Part shown: positions 22,194 to 35,453 of the stretch, one piece after another | Layout of the letters: the number at the start of each line of letters is the position of its first letter | Position numbering within the stretch: position 1 is the stretch's first letter | Assembly (NCBI RefSeq): GCF_018350175.1 | Contig: NC_058368.1 | Coordinates: 231,014,001-231,078,000, forward strand | Direction: 5' to 3' | DNA length: 64,000 bases | DNA from: Felis catus | Lineage: Eukaryota | Program-made: the position numbers and the translations under genes | The notes under the pieces: generated by a model | The model's database searches: none | Seen by the model: only the letters and a program-made list of their open reading frames with translations | Told to the model about the DNA's origin: nothing

Positions 22194-22647
22194 TGTCATG
22201 GGCTGAGCTCTGTCCCCCAAGGAGATATGTTGCCGTCCTAACTCCCAGTGCCTCAGAAGGTGACCTTATTTGGAAATAGGGTCATTGTAGATATAATTAG
22301 TTAAATTAAATGAGGTTGTATGGGAGTAGGCTGGACCTTGATCCAGTACGGCTGGTGTCCTTTCAAGAAGAGAAACAAAGAACCAAAAAACAAAAAAGGA
22401 TGAAAAGAAGAGAAACGACACGGAGAAGGCCATGCGAAGACGGAGGTAGACTGGCCAGCAACCACCATAGGCTGGAAGAGGTGAGAAAGGATCCTCTCCC
22501 TCAGGTTTCAGAGACAGCACGGCCTGACCAACACCCTGACTTCACACTTCCAGCCTCCCAACTGTGACAAAACAAATTTTTGTTCTTTTAAGCTACTTGG
22601 TTTGTGGTACCTTGTTATACCAGCCACAGCAAAATGGAAACGAATAC
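22194..22647 (+). mobile_element. MaLR LTR (MLT1B/C-like)
   Basis: gtgaccttatttggaaatagggtc...gacttcacacttccagcctcccaactgtga...tttgtggtaccttgttata. Confidence 0.85.
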
Positions 22648-22667
22648 TAATCTAATTTACAAATGTC

Positions 22668-22850
22668 TTTTTTTTTTTTTTTTTAAGAGAGAGAGGACAC
22701 AAGTGAGCCAGGGGCAAAGAGAGAGAGAGAGTCCCATGAGGGGCAGAGAGGGAGAGAAGGAGAGAGAAGCAGGGCTCGAGCTCACGTTTCATGAGGTCAC
22801 GACCTGAGCCGAAGGCCAATGCTTAACCAACTGAGCTACCCAGGCATCCC
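22668..22850 (-). mobile_element. Can-SINE
   Basis: Antisense; TSD ctaat(t/c)tacaaat. Confidence 0.85.
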
Positions 22851-22999
22851 CTAATCTACAAATTCCTTAATGGTTATATAGCATTGAATGACACAGTCAC
22901 ATCATAATTTACGTCAACAATCCAGTGTTGATGAGCCCTTAATTTATCTCCTGTGGGAGAGTGCGATGCACATCCTTGCATAAAAATATCTTTAAATGC

Positions 23000-23048
23000 C
23001 TGGGTGTTGTATGGAAACCAATTTGTCAATAAATTTCATATAAAAAAA
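23000..23048 (+). mobile_element. Extremely 5'-truncated young felid L1 (last ~49 bp)
   Basis: ctgggtgttgtatggaaaccaatttgtcaataaatttcata plus A tail; 12-bp TSD atctttaaatgc (22988-22999 / 23049-23060). Confidence 0.85.
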
Positions 23049-23231
23049 ATCTTTAAATGCTTAAATTATTACTATAAGTGGAATTATTTATATGCTTGTT
23101 TCTACACTTTTGAAAATTTAGACTAAATCACCTACCAAGGGGGGAATAGAAAAATGTATAAATAAAAAAAATTTTTAAAGCAATTGCCCATTTCCAAAAA
23201 ATAAGCACGTTAAGATTAAAAAGAAATGTTT

Positions 23232-23682
23232 TGGGGGGCGCCTGGGTGGCTCAGTCGGTTGAGTGACCGACTTCGGCTCAGGTCATGATCTCACGGTTTG
23301 TGAGTCTGAGCCCCGCGTCAGGCCATGTGCTGACCGCTCAGAGCCTGGAGCCTGCTTCCGATTCTGTGTCTCCCTCTCTCTCTGCCCCTCCCCCGCTCAT
23401 GCTCTGTCTCTGTCTCAGAAATAAATATTTAAAAAATTAAAAAAAAAAAAGAAATGTTTTGGGGTGCTTTGGTGGCTCAGTTGGTTAGGCAACCAACTTC
23501 AGCTCAGGTCTTGATCTCACAGTTTGTGGGTTCGAGCCCCACATCGGGCTGTGTGCTGACAGCTCAGAGCCCGGAGCCTGCTTCAAATTCTGTCTCTGTC
23601 TCTCTGCCCCTCCCCTGCTGGTTCTCTGTCTCTCTCTCTTTTTCTCTCAAACATAAAAATAAAATAAAATAATTTGAAAAAA
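23232..23682 (+). mobile_element. Two tandem Can-SINEs (23232-23450, 23461-23682)
   Basis: aaaaagaaatgttttgggg precedes both heads, consistent with the first element's TSD. Confidence 0.92.
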
Positions 23683-23925
23683 TGTTTTATCTGAAAATGT
23701 TCTCAATTTGTAAGAGCCGACTTTTTAGCTATCTACAGTATCCTGCTGTGCCATAGGAAGCAATTGTTAAAAAAGTAAAAAAAGATGTAGACACTTGAAT
23801 TCAGCAGCAAAAGAGGAAAAGGCTGGAAAAGGCAGGAATAGTATCTTGATTACACTACTGGAAGCCATACTGAAGAATGGTTAAACTGGATCAGCAAGCA
23901 TTGTCTTTTTGAAAGGCAGAAGATT

Positions 23926-24143
23926 GGGCGCCTGGGGGGCTCAGTCGGTTCAGCATCCGACTTCAGCTCAGGTCATGATCTCACCGTCTGTGAGTTCGAG
24001 CCCCACGTGGGGCTCTGTGCTGACGGCTCAGAGCCTGGAGCCTGCTTCACATTCCGTGTCTCCCTCTCTCTCTGCCCCTCCCCTGCTTGTGCTCTCTTTC
24101 TCTCTCTCTCAGAAATAAAGAAACATGAGAAAAAAAAATTAAA
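23926..24143 (+). mobile_element. Can-SINE
   Basis: Typical structure; TSD gcagaaga. Confidence 0.92.
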
Positions 24144-24572
24144 AAGCAGAAGAAGGTGAAGGTGTTCGGGGGGCACAGGAGGTTAGTTACTCCCTGGGAG
24201 CTAGCTCACACAGGAGCCACTGAGGACAGTAGGCCTTTGGATGGGGAAGGTGGGTTGGGTTTATGAGCAAACATTTGTATCAGGTGCTCAGGCCCCACGT
24301 GAGGGTTCCCAACCACTTGGGGTGCAGGACAAACCTAAGAAGACATCTCCCGGGAGACTGGGCAGGTGCTGAGTGGAAGGCAGAGGTGGTTCAAGGTAGC
24401 CTTGACCTACTTCAGCAGTTTGCTCAGGGCTCACCCAAGGCCCATGGAAGGGGAAGGGAAGTCCCTGTGCATTCCTTTTCCTTCCTTGTGTATTCCTTTT
24501 CACGGTCCAAAGATAATTATTTTTTAAAGTAAAATAATGACTCTCATACAGATATAAAAATGAGCGCTTGTA

Positions 24573-24758
24573 GGGGCGCCTGGGTGGCTCGGTCGGTTGA
24601 GCGTCCGACTTCCGCTCAGGTCATGATCTTGTGGTTTGTGGGTATGAGCCCCACATCAGGCTCGCAGCTGTCAGCACGGAGCCTGCTTCGGATGCTCTGT
24701 CCCCCTCTCTCTCTGCTTTTCTCCCACCCCTCAGAATAAATAAACATTAAAAAAAAAA
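24573..24758 (+). mobile_element. Can-SINE
   Basis: Typical head and tail. Confidence 0.9.
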
Positions 24759-24881
24759 CCATATTGAGATGAATGTGCCAATAAAGGCCACACTGTGCCA
24801 ATAAAGGCCAAGGGCGGAGGGAGAAAGTCAGTTGAACCTCTCCTGAACAGGACAGAATTATTTTGTGTTGTTATCAGTTAT

Positions 24882-25310
24882 TGTACTGGGCTGAGTGGTG
24901 ACCGCCAAAAATCTGTGTCCATCCAGAACCTGTGAATATGACCTTCTTTGGAAGTAGGATCTTTGTATGAGGTCATCCATCCTGGACGAGGGTGGGCCCT
25001 GAATCCAGTGTGACTGGTGTCCCTCTAGGAAGAGGGACATTCGGACACAGACACGGGGAGAAGTCCACACGAGGACTGGGCTGAGAAACTACAAGCCCAG
25101 CAGTAAGCACGCAGCTGATACACCTACAAAGAACAGAAAGCATGGCCGGCAACCGGCAAAAGCTGGCAGAGGTGAGGAAGGGTCCTCTCCTCGAGGACCT
25201 TAGAGAGAGCACAGCCCCGCTGACCCCTTGACTTCAGACTACTGGCCTCTACAACTATGAGGCAATAAATTTTTTGTGGCTCTAAGCCGCTCGGTTTGTG
25301 GCACTTCGAC
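24882..25310 (+). mobile_element. MaLR LTR (MLT1C-like)
   Basis: ccagaacctgtgaatatgaccttctttggaa...ggcctctacaactatgaggcaataaattt...taagccgctcggtttgtgg. Confidence 0.8.
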
Positions 25311-25689
25311 ATCCATCATAAGTCCCTTGGTTCGATTTACAGATAGAGGACGTGGCTGAGCCACCACTTGGAACATTTTGTTTGATGGAGCCGTGATTCC
25401 AGATTCCAAATAAATGACTGACACACGGCATTTTAATACACACCTCCGTTCGTCACGTGAGGACGGCCTACTTTAGTGTTTTGGTTTCACGCCCACTTGA
25501 GCAACTCAGTGTAGTTGAGTTTCGCAAAGTCACTCTTGCTTCTCGGAGATTCATTGCTGGGCCATTTTACGTCACGTACTTCGTGTGGAAGGATTTGGAA
25601 GGAGAGGATGTCAGGATAGGGATGGCAGGAGTGACACACAGTAAGTATCCTAATCTAAAGTTATATTTGGAAAATCAAAAATGCTTGCT

Positions 25690-25778
25690 TATTTATTTAT
25701 TTATTTATTTGAGAGAGTGCACAAATAGGGGAAAGGGGCAGAGAGAGAGAATCTTTTTTTTTAAGTTTATTTACCTAT

Positions 25779-25818
<40 letters not shown>

Positions 25819-26345
25819 CATGGGGGGGGGAGCAGAGAGAGAGGGAGAGAGAGAATCCCAAGCAGACTCTGAGCTGTCAGTGCAGAGCCCGACTTGGGGC
25901 TTGATCCCACAAACTGCAAGATCATGACCTGAGCCAAAATTGGGAGTCAGACACTTAACCAACTAAGCCACCCAGGTGCCCTGAGAGAGAGAATCTTAAG
26001 TAAGCCCCATGCTCAGTGCCGAGCCTGACACGGGGCTTAATCTCACAACCCTGGGATCATGACCTGAGCTGAAATCAAGAGTGAGACGATGGGGCGCCTG
26101 GGTGGCACAGTCGGTTAAGCGTCCGACTTCAGCCAGGTCACTATCTCGCGGTCCGTGAGTTCGAGCCCCGCGTCGGGCTCTGGGCTGATGGCTCGGAGCC
26201 TGGAGCCTGTTTCCGATTCTGTGTCTCCCTCTCTCTCTGCCCCTCCCCCGTTCATGCTCTGTCTCTCTCTGTCCCAAAAAATAAATAAACGTTGAAAAAA
26301 AAAAAAGAGTGAGACGCTTAACTGACTGAGCCACCGCGGCACCCC
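25690..26345. mobile_element. Three-element Can-SINE nest: minus host with minus insert (25753-25981) and plus young SINEC_Fc insert (26091-26304)
   Basis: Insert TSDs gagagagaatct and aagagtgagacg (26077-26088 / 26305-26316); host body reads through once the inserts are removed. Confidence 0.9.
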
Positions 26346-27052
26346 AAAGATGCCTATTTATTTTACATAGAAACTACGAAGGGTAAATAACAAGATTTCT
26401 GAATGGTGGGGATAAGTAGAAAACCAAGCAAGAAAGCCTTTAGAGGAAACTCACGTGTTCATATAACGTGTTGTGTTCACCTGGTGTATAAAATTTAATT
26501 CATTCTGCTGTTTCCTACTACACAGTGTTTGAGCTTTCTGTTTAAATACAAAGATACATATATCCTTAAAATAACATTGGGCTATATCATTATAATCATA
26601 TACTGTAATAAAGTTATAAAATAGATGCTGGGAGCATCCTTGGTCTGTACAGGTTAGCACGTGTCCTGACCCTGCAAGGATGACATTAGATTACTATTGA
26701 GAGAGAGGACTTGCATCTTGCCACAGTGCCATTAGACGTGGTGGGCTCGGGTCAAGGACGGGACTGGGAAACAGAAGGCGGTCTCAGCATCACAGGTGTC
26801 TGGACCAACCACCACGCCACACCCTTCATCACTCTACAAATGCAGGACCAGAAGTGTATGTCCAAACCTTTCATTTTTAATCACATTTTTTTTCTTTCGG
26901 GTAGTTGAAGCTGGCATCACAAATGTTTGGCAATGTCCTTTAAGGATTCAGGTAAAAGGATGGAGTATTTTTTCCCCGGTATGTTGGAGTTCCATAAATC
27001 CGTAATTGTGTCAGAAATTCTTGATTTAAATGATACTTTGGCCAAAATTTTT

Positions 27053-27267
27053 CTTTTTTTTTTTTTTTCAACGTTTATTTATTTTTGGGACAGAGAGAGA
27101 GCATGAACGGGGGAGGGGCAGAGAGAAAGGGAGACACAGAATTGGAAACAGGCTCCAGGCTCTGAGCCATCAGCCCAGAGCGCGACGCGGGGCTCAAACT
27201 CACGGACCGCAAGATCGTGACCTGGCTGAAGTCGGACACTTAACCGACTGCGCCACCGAGGCGCCCC
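27053..27267 (-). mobile_element. Young feline SINEC_Fc
   Basis: TSD tggccaaaattttt (27039-27052 / 27269-27282). Confidence 0.94.
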
Positions 27268-28450
27268 ATGGCCAAAATTTTTCAAGAGGACTTTCTGTAT
27301 GTTCATACACTCGTTCTTTTCCTGCAAAAGAGAATTTTCGGCTGCCCGTAAGATGGGGCAGAACTAGAACACCATGTCAGGAATCTACAAAGTGCTGAAG
27401 GTTTTGCATGATTCAGCTTTTTCAACATCACAACACTGGAGGAACAGCAGTAACGGCAAAGTCACCCTCTCGTGGTGGAGAAACTTACGTGGACATTTGC
27501 ATTCTGAAAACTGCCAAAGTTTTCTTTGGAGAAGAATCTGAGAGACAATTAAAAAACAAAAGAAAAAAACTAGATATTGTGGTGTAAGCCAGTCTAGTTT
27601 TTCAATCCAATAATGATTAGCTGGATTTGCTTAGGTCATCAAACTTCATATTTGCAAAAGACGGACTTAATGCCCCTCTTTTCCCGACTACTTGTGATAA
27701 AGAGACGCATGGAGGAAATGCAGCTTCATAATCTGATGAGGCACAATGGGTCAAGACACGGTTGGGAAAGAACTGTGGTTTTCTCAGGTCTTAGAGGAAG
27801 CTGATGATATTTTTGAAGCAGTGTGAAAATTCTTCAAAGTAAATTGGCCAAATAGGAAAAAAAAAAAAAAAAAGTAATAACGGGTTTCTGCCCTGGTGAC
27901 GCTCCAGAGATGCTGGGCTTTGCAGATACCGAGTGAAAATCAAAGGGAGACACTCATTTCTGGAACACATTGTGTCATGCATCATCAGCAATACCTTCCA
28001 GCACACTGTCCAGGAATTGATAAGAAAACCACAACTAACGGTAATCAATTACATGAAAAGCTATGCGTCAGCCCCCAGATGATTCACTCTGCTCTGCGTG
28101 AGGATCTGAACGCCAGTGAGAAGTTTCTGCTCCACTGAGGTTTGTTGACTGGCAAAGTGAAATAAACATCTTCTCTTCTTGCAAGAGGCAGGTGTCCTAT
28201 TTTTGAAATACTGGAGAAAAGATCTACAGCTGTAAATTTCTTAAAATTATGTGTTTCAGCAAAGCCTCTCATATTTGACAACTATATTTGGAAGTTTGAA
28301 TATACACTTCCCCTTATTACGAAGACATTTAGCGCCCAAATCAAGCCATGGATGCTGGCAATCATTTGCTAAAATTGTCATTTTATACTTTTTTTTTTTT
28401 TAATTGAAACGTTCAAGGACAAAGGTCTTGAAACAAATTTCATGAATTTC

Positions 28451-28664
28451 GGGGCACCTGGGTGGCTCATTCGGTTAAGCGTCCAACTTTGGCTCAGGTC
28501 ATGATCTCACAGTGATCTCTTCCAGCCCCTTGTTGGGCTCTGTGCTGACAGCTTAGAGCCTGGAGCCTAATTCAGATTCTGTGTCTCCCTCTCTCTGCCC
28601 CTCCCCCGCTCATGCTCTGTCTCTCTCTTTCTCACAAAAATAAACATTAAAAATTAAAAAAAAA
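28451..28664 (+). mobile_element. Can-SINE
   Basis: Typical structure; TSD gaatttcg. Confidence 0.92.
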
Positions 28665-28919
28665 AGAATTTCGTTTATTTCAAGAATTTCAAAAAATAAA
28701 TTTGTATCTAGTGTGTGTATAAGCTGAATTTAGGAACTATTTTCTAGATGTCATGACTGAAAAATCTCTTTTCAGAGCTTATCAATAAATCCCCTCTCCC
28801 CCTAATATTCCAGCTGTGCCCAAGAAGAAATTTTGACAATTGAACTTTTACCAAAGGTAACTTTCAGAAAATCACTGCAGAGCAGAGGTCCTTCCTATAG
28901 GGGGTCTGCTGGAAGGATC

Positions 28920-29650
28920 TGTTGACATTTCCCCTTTCCTAAGGGTAACCAGATTTTCATTTGGGTGCACCCCCCACTGCCTGGGGAAGCCCAGAGTTTG
29001 GGGGGAAGGTGATACCACCTCCCTATTCCAGGGGCTGAGCTGCTGCTGACTGGTGCCCAGTGTCCTTCACATCACTGGTCCAGGGATGACCATGTGGTGC
29101 GAACCGTCCAATCAAGTGACCCTCACACTTGGGGATTTGTAGACAGACCAGCTGTCTGTCTCCTGCTGGATATTGAGGAGGAAGTAGGTGGCTTTGACCT
29201 CTACAGGTCCACAATAAAAGTATCTACACAAAAGGAACCTGGGTTTCTACATCGCATAACTCAGCCATCCATCGGCCTTCTGGGAAATCTGCCCACCTCT
29301 GGCTTCCATTATGGGAGCCAGCGAATCCCCTTTGTCATTTAAATTGGATTCCTAATTACTTGCCGCATCAGGTATCTTTGCTGAACTGAATTTGAGGCCA
29401 GGGCGTGGGTGTGGCAAATAAAAAAAACCCTAAAATTCTGAAGCGCCTGGAGAACACTGAGGACACCATTAGCGCGGTTTTGAAACTGGCAAATCTTGCT
29501 ACACGTTTGCAAAATGGTTAATTAAATTGTCTTCGGTTACATCTTAGGAAATAGGCCATGTGTCTACCAAGATAGTATTAGGTCTTGGTACAAAATGTTC
29601 CAGACGTGTTAGCTAATTCTTGTGATCTTTTGTAAGATTTAAAACAAAAA
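28920..29650 (+). mobile_element. Old MaLR LTR plus probable internal fragment
   Basis: Degenerate MLT1-like motifs (ggatgaccatgtg...ccaatca; aatctgcccacctctgg...ttacttgc); subfamily uncertain. Confidence 0.4.
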
Positions 29651-29995
29651 ACTAAAAACAAAACCCCCAAAACCTAGCTTGCTTGGGTTGAAGTGCGATC
29701 AGAACTGACAGTTCCTTAATTCAAACAGGGTCTTAACTGATACAATCACTTTGGAGAATTTCTAGGTAAAATATCTCTCTACCAAATGAGAAGGAAGGCA
29801 TTCTTAGAGTTACGCAACTTTTAACCACATGTGCTTGGTTTTTCCTCACGATGGACTCTGAAAACCAAACAGCACATGGGGCTGATGTTGAGGGGAGGGA
29901 CCATTTTCATCCTCTAATACAGGGGGTCAAACGTAAACCCCAAGCTCACCCAGTGTTTTTGTATGAGCTGACAATATTTTTACATGTATCTTTAC

Positions 29996-30181
29996 TTTTT
30001 TAATGTTTATTTATTTTTGAGAGAGAGAAAGAGAGAAAGAGGGGCGGGGGTGGACCCAGGATCCCAAGCCAGCTCTGTACTGACAGCAGATGGCCCCATG
30101 GAGGACTTGAACTCCTGAACTGTGAGATCATGACCTGAGCTGAAGTTGGACGTTTAACTGACCGAGCCACCCAGGCACCCC
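29996..30181 (-). mobile_element. Can-SINE
   Basis: Antisense; TSD atgtatcttta. Confidence 0.9.
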
Positions 30182-30924
30182 TAAATGTATCTTTAAAGGA
30201 AAAGAAATAGTCATTTTCTGTTATTATTACCATTGCATCGCTTTGTTTGTAATCGTGGTGTTTTGAAATTTCAAATAACATTCAAGGAAAGCATATGATT
30301 TTTTTTTTCTCAAAATGAGGCTAGATTTTGAAGTATGAGAATATCCGGCCAGAGAATCTGCAAGCAGAGAGGCTAAAGCTACTTGGATATATTGTCAAAG
30401 GGTGCCTGACCAAAAATAATTGAGAGATGGTAGAACAGTAATGTTTGACACAGGAAGGAAGGAGGAATTTGATTTACAAAAAAAAATAAAAAATCACTTT
30501 AACTTTTATAGAACTTTTCTATTTTGAAAAGCAAGAGTAACTGAACTGATTTCCACTTATATCCGCCTTCCTGCCAAAATTTCAAAGCATGTTTTTTTCT
30601 AATAATAATACGTGTACCTTGCCTTTCCAGGGAACCCAAAGCATTTTGCAGATATTATCTCATTAGCCCCAATTCTGTCCCCAGGTGCTTCAAACACATT
30701 ATCCTGCCTCTCTAAAATGACTGTAACTCAAAATCGAAAATGACACCAGATCTCTTGCCGCTCTTTTTTTTTTTTTTAATGTTGCCTGTAAATCTGGGGC
30801 TGCGCGTCCTGGCCTAGGCACAGGACTGCAGAACTCTCTCAGCAGCTGGCTTCAGCAGAAAATGGAGAACTAGAGATTCTGGCTCTCGGGCTGGCCGTCT
30901 CAAATCTCACTGCCGCAGGTGGAT

Positions 30925-31520
30925 TTTTTAATTTATTTTTAAATAGATGTTATGTGTTTAGAACAATTTTGGGTAGTACAGAGAGTTCCTACGTGCCTTG
31001 CACCTAGATTCTGCTATTGTTAATAGCTATCATTAGTGCGGTACATTTGCTACAAATAATGAAGCCGTACGGATACATTATTATTAACTGAAGCCCAAAG
31101 ATTATTCAGATTTCTTTAGTTTTTACCTCATATTCCTCTTCTGTCACGGGATCCCATCCAGGACTCCACATTGCATTTAGTTGTCATGTCTTCGTAGACT
31201 CCTCTTGGCTGTGACAGTTTCTCAGGCTTTCCTTGTTTCTGATGACCTTGACAGTTTTCAGGAGAGTGTCAGGAATATTGTAGAATGCTCTTCTATCGGA
31301 ATATGCCTGGTGTTTTTCTCACAACTAGATGAAGACAATCGGTTTTGACAGAAAGACCATAGAGGGTAAGTTCCATATTCATCACACCCTATCGAGAGAG
31401 CACATTTTCAACCGGACTCATCGCTGCTGGTGTTGACCTTGATTGTTTGGCCAAGGTGGCATCGGCCAGGCTTTTCCCATACAACGCTACCTTTCCCCCG
31501 CTTCCACTGTGCACTGATGG
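30925..31520 (-). mobile_element. L1MC-type 3' fragment
   Basis: gatacattattattaactgaag...gatcccatccaggactccacattgcatttagttgtcatgtc...gatgaccttgacagtttt. Confidence 0.82.
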
Positions 31521-33294
31521 ACTTTTATTGGGTGTATTTCCAGAGCAGCAGGCCAGAGAGCTGCAAGAGATAAACGTGCTGTGATCACTAACACAGCCTC
31601 GGGACTCCTGGACACCTTCGTCCCCTCCTGCCTCCTTCCCGTGCTTCTCCTGACGAAAGGTTGGCATCGTATCTCCACCAACCGGTGCATCGGGTACAGC
31701 CCCCCCTGCGCTGCCCTGCATGCAGCGGCCGTTTGATCAATCTTCACAGACTAGGAACAGAATTGGATTTCACTTGATAGCTAATAAAACGGCTCCTGAG
31801 ACGCTGGTAGGCGAAGGAGGGTATGGGCTGCAGGAGCAGACAGTGGTCTGGCTGGGGAACACCTACACACAGGAGCGGCCAAGCCCTGGGGCTCTGATCA
31901 TGACCCTGACTCATTATGAATTTAAAATCCTGTGTAGCAGAGACTGATTTCGTGACATGGCTTTTTCTTTCTCCCTCCACGGCCAGGCTCTCCCAGGCCC
32001 CGCAAGTGAGGGGATGGAGTATCATGGGGGTAATGGGGTCCAGACTCTCCTGAAGGTCCAAGCCATGACATGGGTGGGCCAGGATTTGGCAATGCTGGAA
32101 GTGGGTGTCCCGAGGGTCCAAGGCATGGTGACCTGGGCTCGAGGGGTGTCTGCTGCTGGTCAGGACATCTCTGCCTGGGCTCTGCCTGGCGATCCACTGG
32201 CTTCCTTACTCGAGACCCCACATCTTTTGTCTGACTCATCTTATCTTCCACTTCTGATGAACCTGTGATCACCCGTGACCCCCGCTGCACCTGCTGAGGA
32301 TGACTTCAGCTTTACCCTCTGCTCCTACTTGATGAATTCTCGAGACCCGGAAGCTGATGGGCCCAGCCCTGTCCTTATTGCACAGGACTCTCTGCACCAG
32401 TCTGTCTTGCAGGCTGCCATATGGATTTCTCTTGGGCCAGCAGTCCACCCTATACCCCTGGCCAACTCAGCTGAGTCCCAGAAGGCAGCCAGCAGGACCT
32501 GGGAATGGGACACGCTCCCCGAGATGGGGCTGTGGCATGCCCAGCAGGGTTTCCATGTCAACCCAAAGATGTGAAGAAAAAAAAAAAAGCCTTGCCTAAT
32601 TTGCAGCTGAAACACAGCCAGTGAGGTTTCGGAGTCATCTAGAGAAATCAGAAGGGTGGCCTCCAACCAGCGTGGGGAGACATGATGAGGTCTTGCCTGA
32701 AAATGCTTCCACTCCACGTCACGTCCCCACTCGCTTTCCCCAGGGCAGAAGTTAACTCGGTTCAACCTGCTCCACCAGACGACGCTTTTATAAAATCACC
32801 TGCAGGCCGGATGCTATCTGTCCATATGTAAACAAGCGGTTTAGGCGGCCCTGTGTGTTAAGGGGGAGGGGGCGCGCAAAGTGATCCCGAAGCCAATGTT
32901 TACAGGGACTCCTGGGAACCAGCACGACATAAAAAGTAAGGAGCGACGGCACGAATTGAATAACAGGCAGTGCAGTTGTGGTTTGTCTGTGCCTCTGCCT
33001 CCGCGCTCCGTCATCCTCCTTCCCTGCCAGAAGTCCCACAGGCGTGGGAGGCGTGGGGACTTTCTATTTGTTCCCTTCCACCTTGCACAGCATGTTCTTC
33101 TATCAAGTGATTTATTCTTGTCTTCGAAGCAGGGCTTCACTGCGGGTGTGGCCATGGAGTCCGTGTGCCCGCCACCTGCTCCCTCGTGGGAGAGCGACCT
33201 GGAATGCCCTGGACAGGAGCCAGCTCTCCCAGGTGGAGGTGGGGACAGCAGAGCTCCTGCCCCTGACCGGGGGCCGTGTCCACACGCAGGCTCG

Positions 33295-33296
<2 letters not shown>

Positions 33297-33325
<29 letters not shown>
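33297..33325. repeat. (CA)n microsatellite
   Basis: Direct read. Confidence 0.9.
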
Positions 33326-33329
<4 letters not shown>

Positions 33330-35049
33330 AGGCACAGGTGAGACCTCCCCCCACTGCCCCCCGGAACTTTATATGCAAGACTACAGGTCAGTCAGCACTT
33401 TCTTCTCCTTTAGGCTCCTTCTGGAACATTCTCATGGCCACCACCTGGTCTGAGGCCCTCAGTACTGGATGTCTAAGGTTTAGATTCTTCCCCTGAAACC
33501 TTCTATTCCTGAAATCATCCTTAGCCATTAGACAAGAGAATAAAAAGAAGGATCAGGAATAGGGACTGACGTGGGCAACGCCTCAAGTCTCCAGCCGGAC
33601 CCCAGAGCTATCTCCAAATTGGCCCAGCTCACAGCACTGGCCTCCCCTCCCCTCCTCTCCTCTTCCCTCCTCTCCACTCTCTCTTCCCCCCTCCCCTTCC
33701 CTCCTCTCTCCTCTCCTCCCCAGTCCTCATGCTGCTCCTCCAGACGTCCTGAGTCACCAGCATCTGAACATTCCTTCCACCTGGAATCTTCCCCTTCTAG
33801 GCTTTGTCACCCAAACCTCCCTCCTCTCAACCCAGCTGGGCCCAGGACAGGTATGGAAAGGACAGAAGAGGCTGACCTCAGCTTGCCTGAGTTTTCCTGC
33901 AAATGACGGGAGGGCCTCCAGGAAGGCCATCCAGAAGGTGGGCAGTGGGCTGGGGGTGGGTGGGACCATAGTCCATGGGAGGTGGGTGTCCACACCAAGA
34001 GCAGCCCCCAGGACCCCCACCCCTGCGGTGCCCTGCTGGTTTCCAACCGTCCGGCAGGGCCTGGGCCGGGCCTTCCCTGAGAGGACGGATTCAGAGTCAC
34101 CCCCCAACTGGCAAGTAGCCCAGGCCTGAGGGCAGCAGGGAGGGGGGGCCTGCAGGGCCCAGGACACACGCCTCCTGCGCCCATGCCACAACCAGGTGCC
34201 CGTCCAGAGATGGGCCGTGGCCCCGCCCCTCTGACGGGCCTGTGGCCCCGTGGACAGGCTGCGTCCTGCACATGTTTGCTTTAAAGAGACAAAGGAGACA
34301 CGTCAGCAGGGATGGGGGGCCTGAGCACCTTTTGGTTATAATTTGGTCTGACATGTGCCATCTTTCATTTTCTTTTCCTCTCCCAGGCGGGGGCCAGCTT
34401 GGTAACGGCGATCCGTGCTACTTACTCATGCCTGGCTTGTCCCGTCCAGGATGGACAGACGGTAGACATTTCAGAACTTTTGTTTGCGACCTGATCTAAG
34501 TTTGGAAGGGGATTTCATGTTTTAGGCCTTTTTGTTTGCGAGTTTGTTCGTTTGTGTTAGACAATACCAGTCACGGGGCGTTCCCGCAAAACACATTTCA
34601 GTAGGCCAGTAGGCCGACGTGAATCAACAATTATTTACCAGGTCGTGACTCATTGTCTGACATGGCAGTTCTCCCACTTGAAAACGAGGTATAAGAGGTA
34701 TATTTTCATACGTTAGGGCTGAGTTTGCTTCCCTTAGAGCCTGGAAGGTAACAATAAAGTCTGATTTGGCTACTGATAAAATGCTTACACTTGAAAATAA
34801 CACCAGGAGACAGGTGAGGTCACTGAGAAAGCTGCACCCCTGAGATCCAGCACCCGGCGCGGGCAGGAGGCTCGGGAGGCCTCCAGGATGGGGCGGCAGA
34901 CAGACGGGGTGGCAAGGGACTAGGCTGGGGGGAAGGCCACCTCCAAAGGGGTGTCACTATACAGGGAGTTTTGGAAGTGTTAGATCTGTTCTGTCTTGAT
35001 TGCGATGGTGGTTTCCCAACTGTATACATCTGACAAAAATCGTAGCCCA

Positions 35050-35247
35050 GTAGATGATATAAATCATATAACACCATGTTGTGTTATATTATATAATTAT
35101 TATATTATATATAAATGTGTTTTATATAATGTTTGAATTATACTATATAACACTACGTACAAATATATAAGTTGTACTATATAATCATTATACTATATGC
35201 AATATTCTATTTTAACATTATATAATTCTATAAACTACACAGTATAA
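35050..35247. repeat. AT-rich low-complexity (TA-type) tract
   Basis: Degenerate tata/ataat repeats. Confidence 0.75.
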
Positions 35248-35453
35248 GGGTGCCCGGGAGGCTCAGTCAGTTGAGGGTCTGACTTGGGTTCAGGTCATGA
35301 TCTTGAGGTTTGTGAGTTTGAGCCCCATGTCGGACTCTGTGCTGAGAGCTCAGAGCCTGGAGCCTGCTTCAGATTCTGTGTCTCCCTCTCTCTCTCTCTC
35401 TGCCCCTCCCCTGCTGAAGCTGTCTCTCAAAAATGAATAAACATTTTTAAAAA
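35248..35453 (+). mobile_element. Can-SINE
   Basis: Typical structure; short TSD agtataa. Confidence 0.9.
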
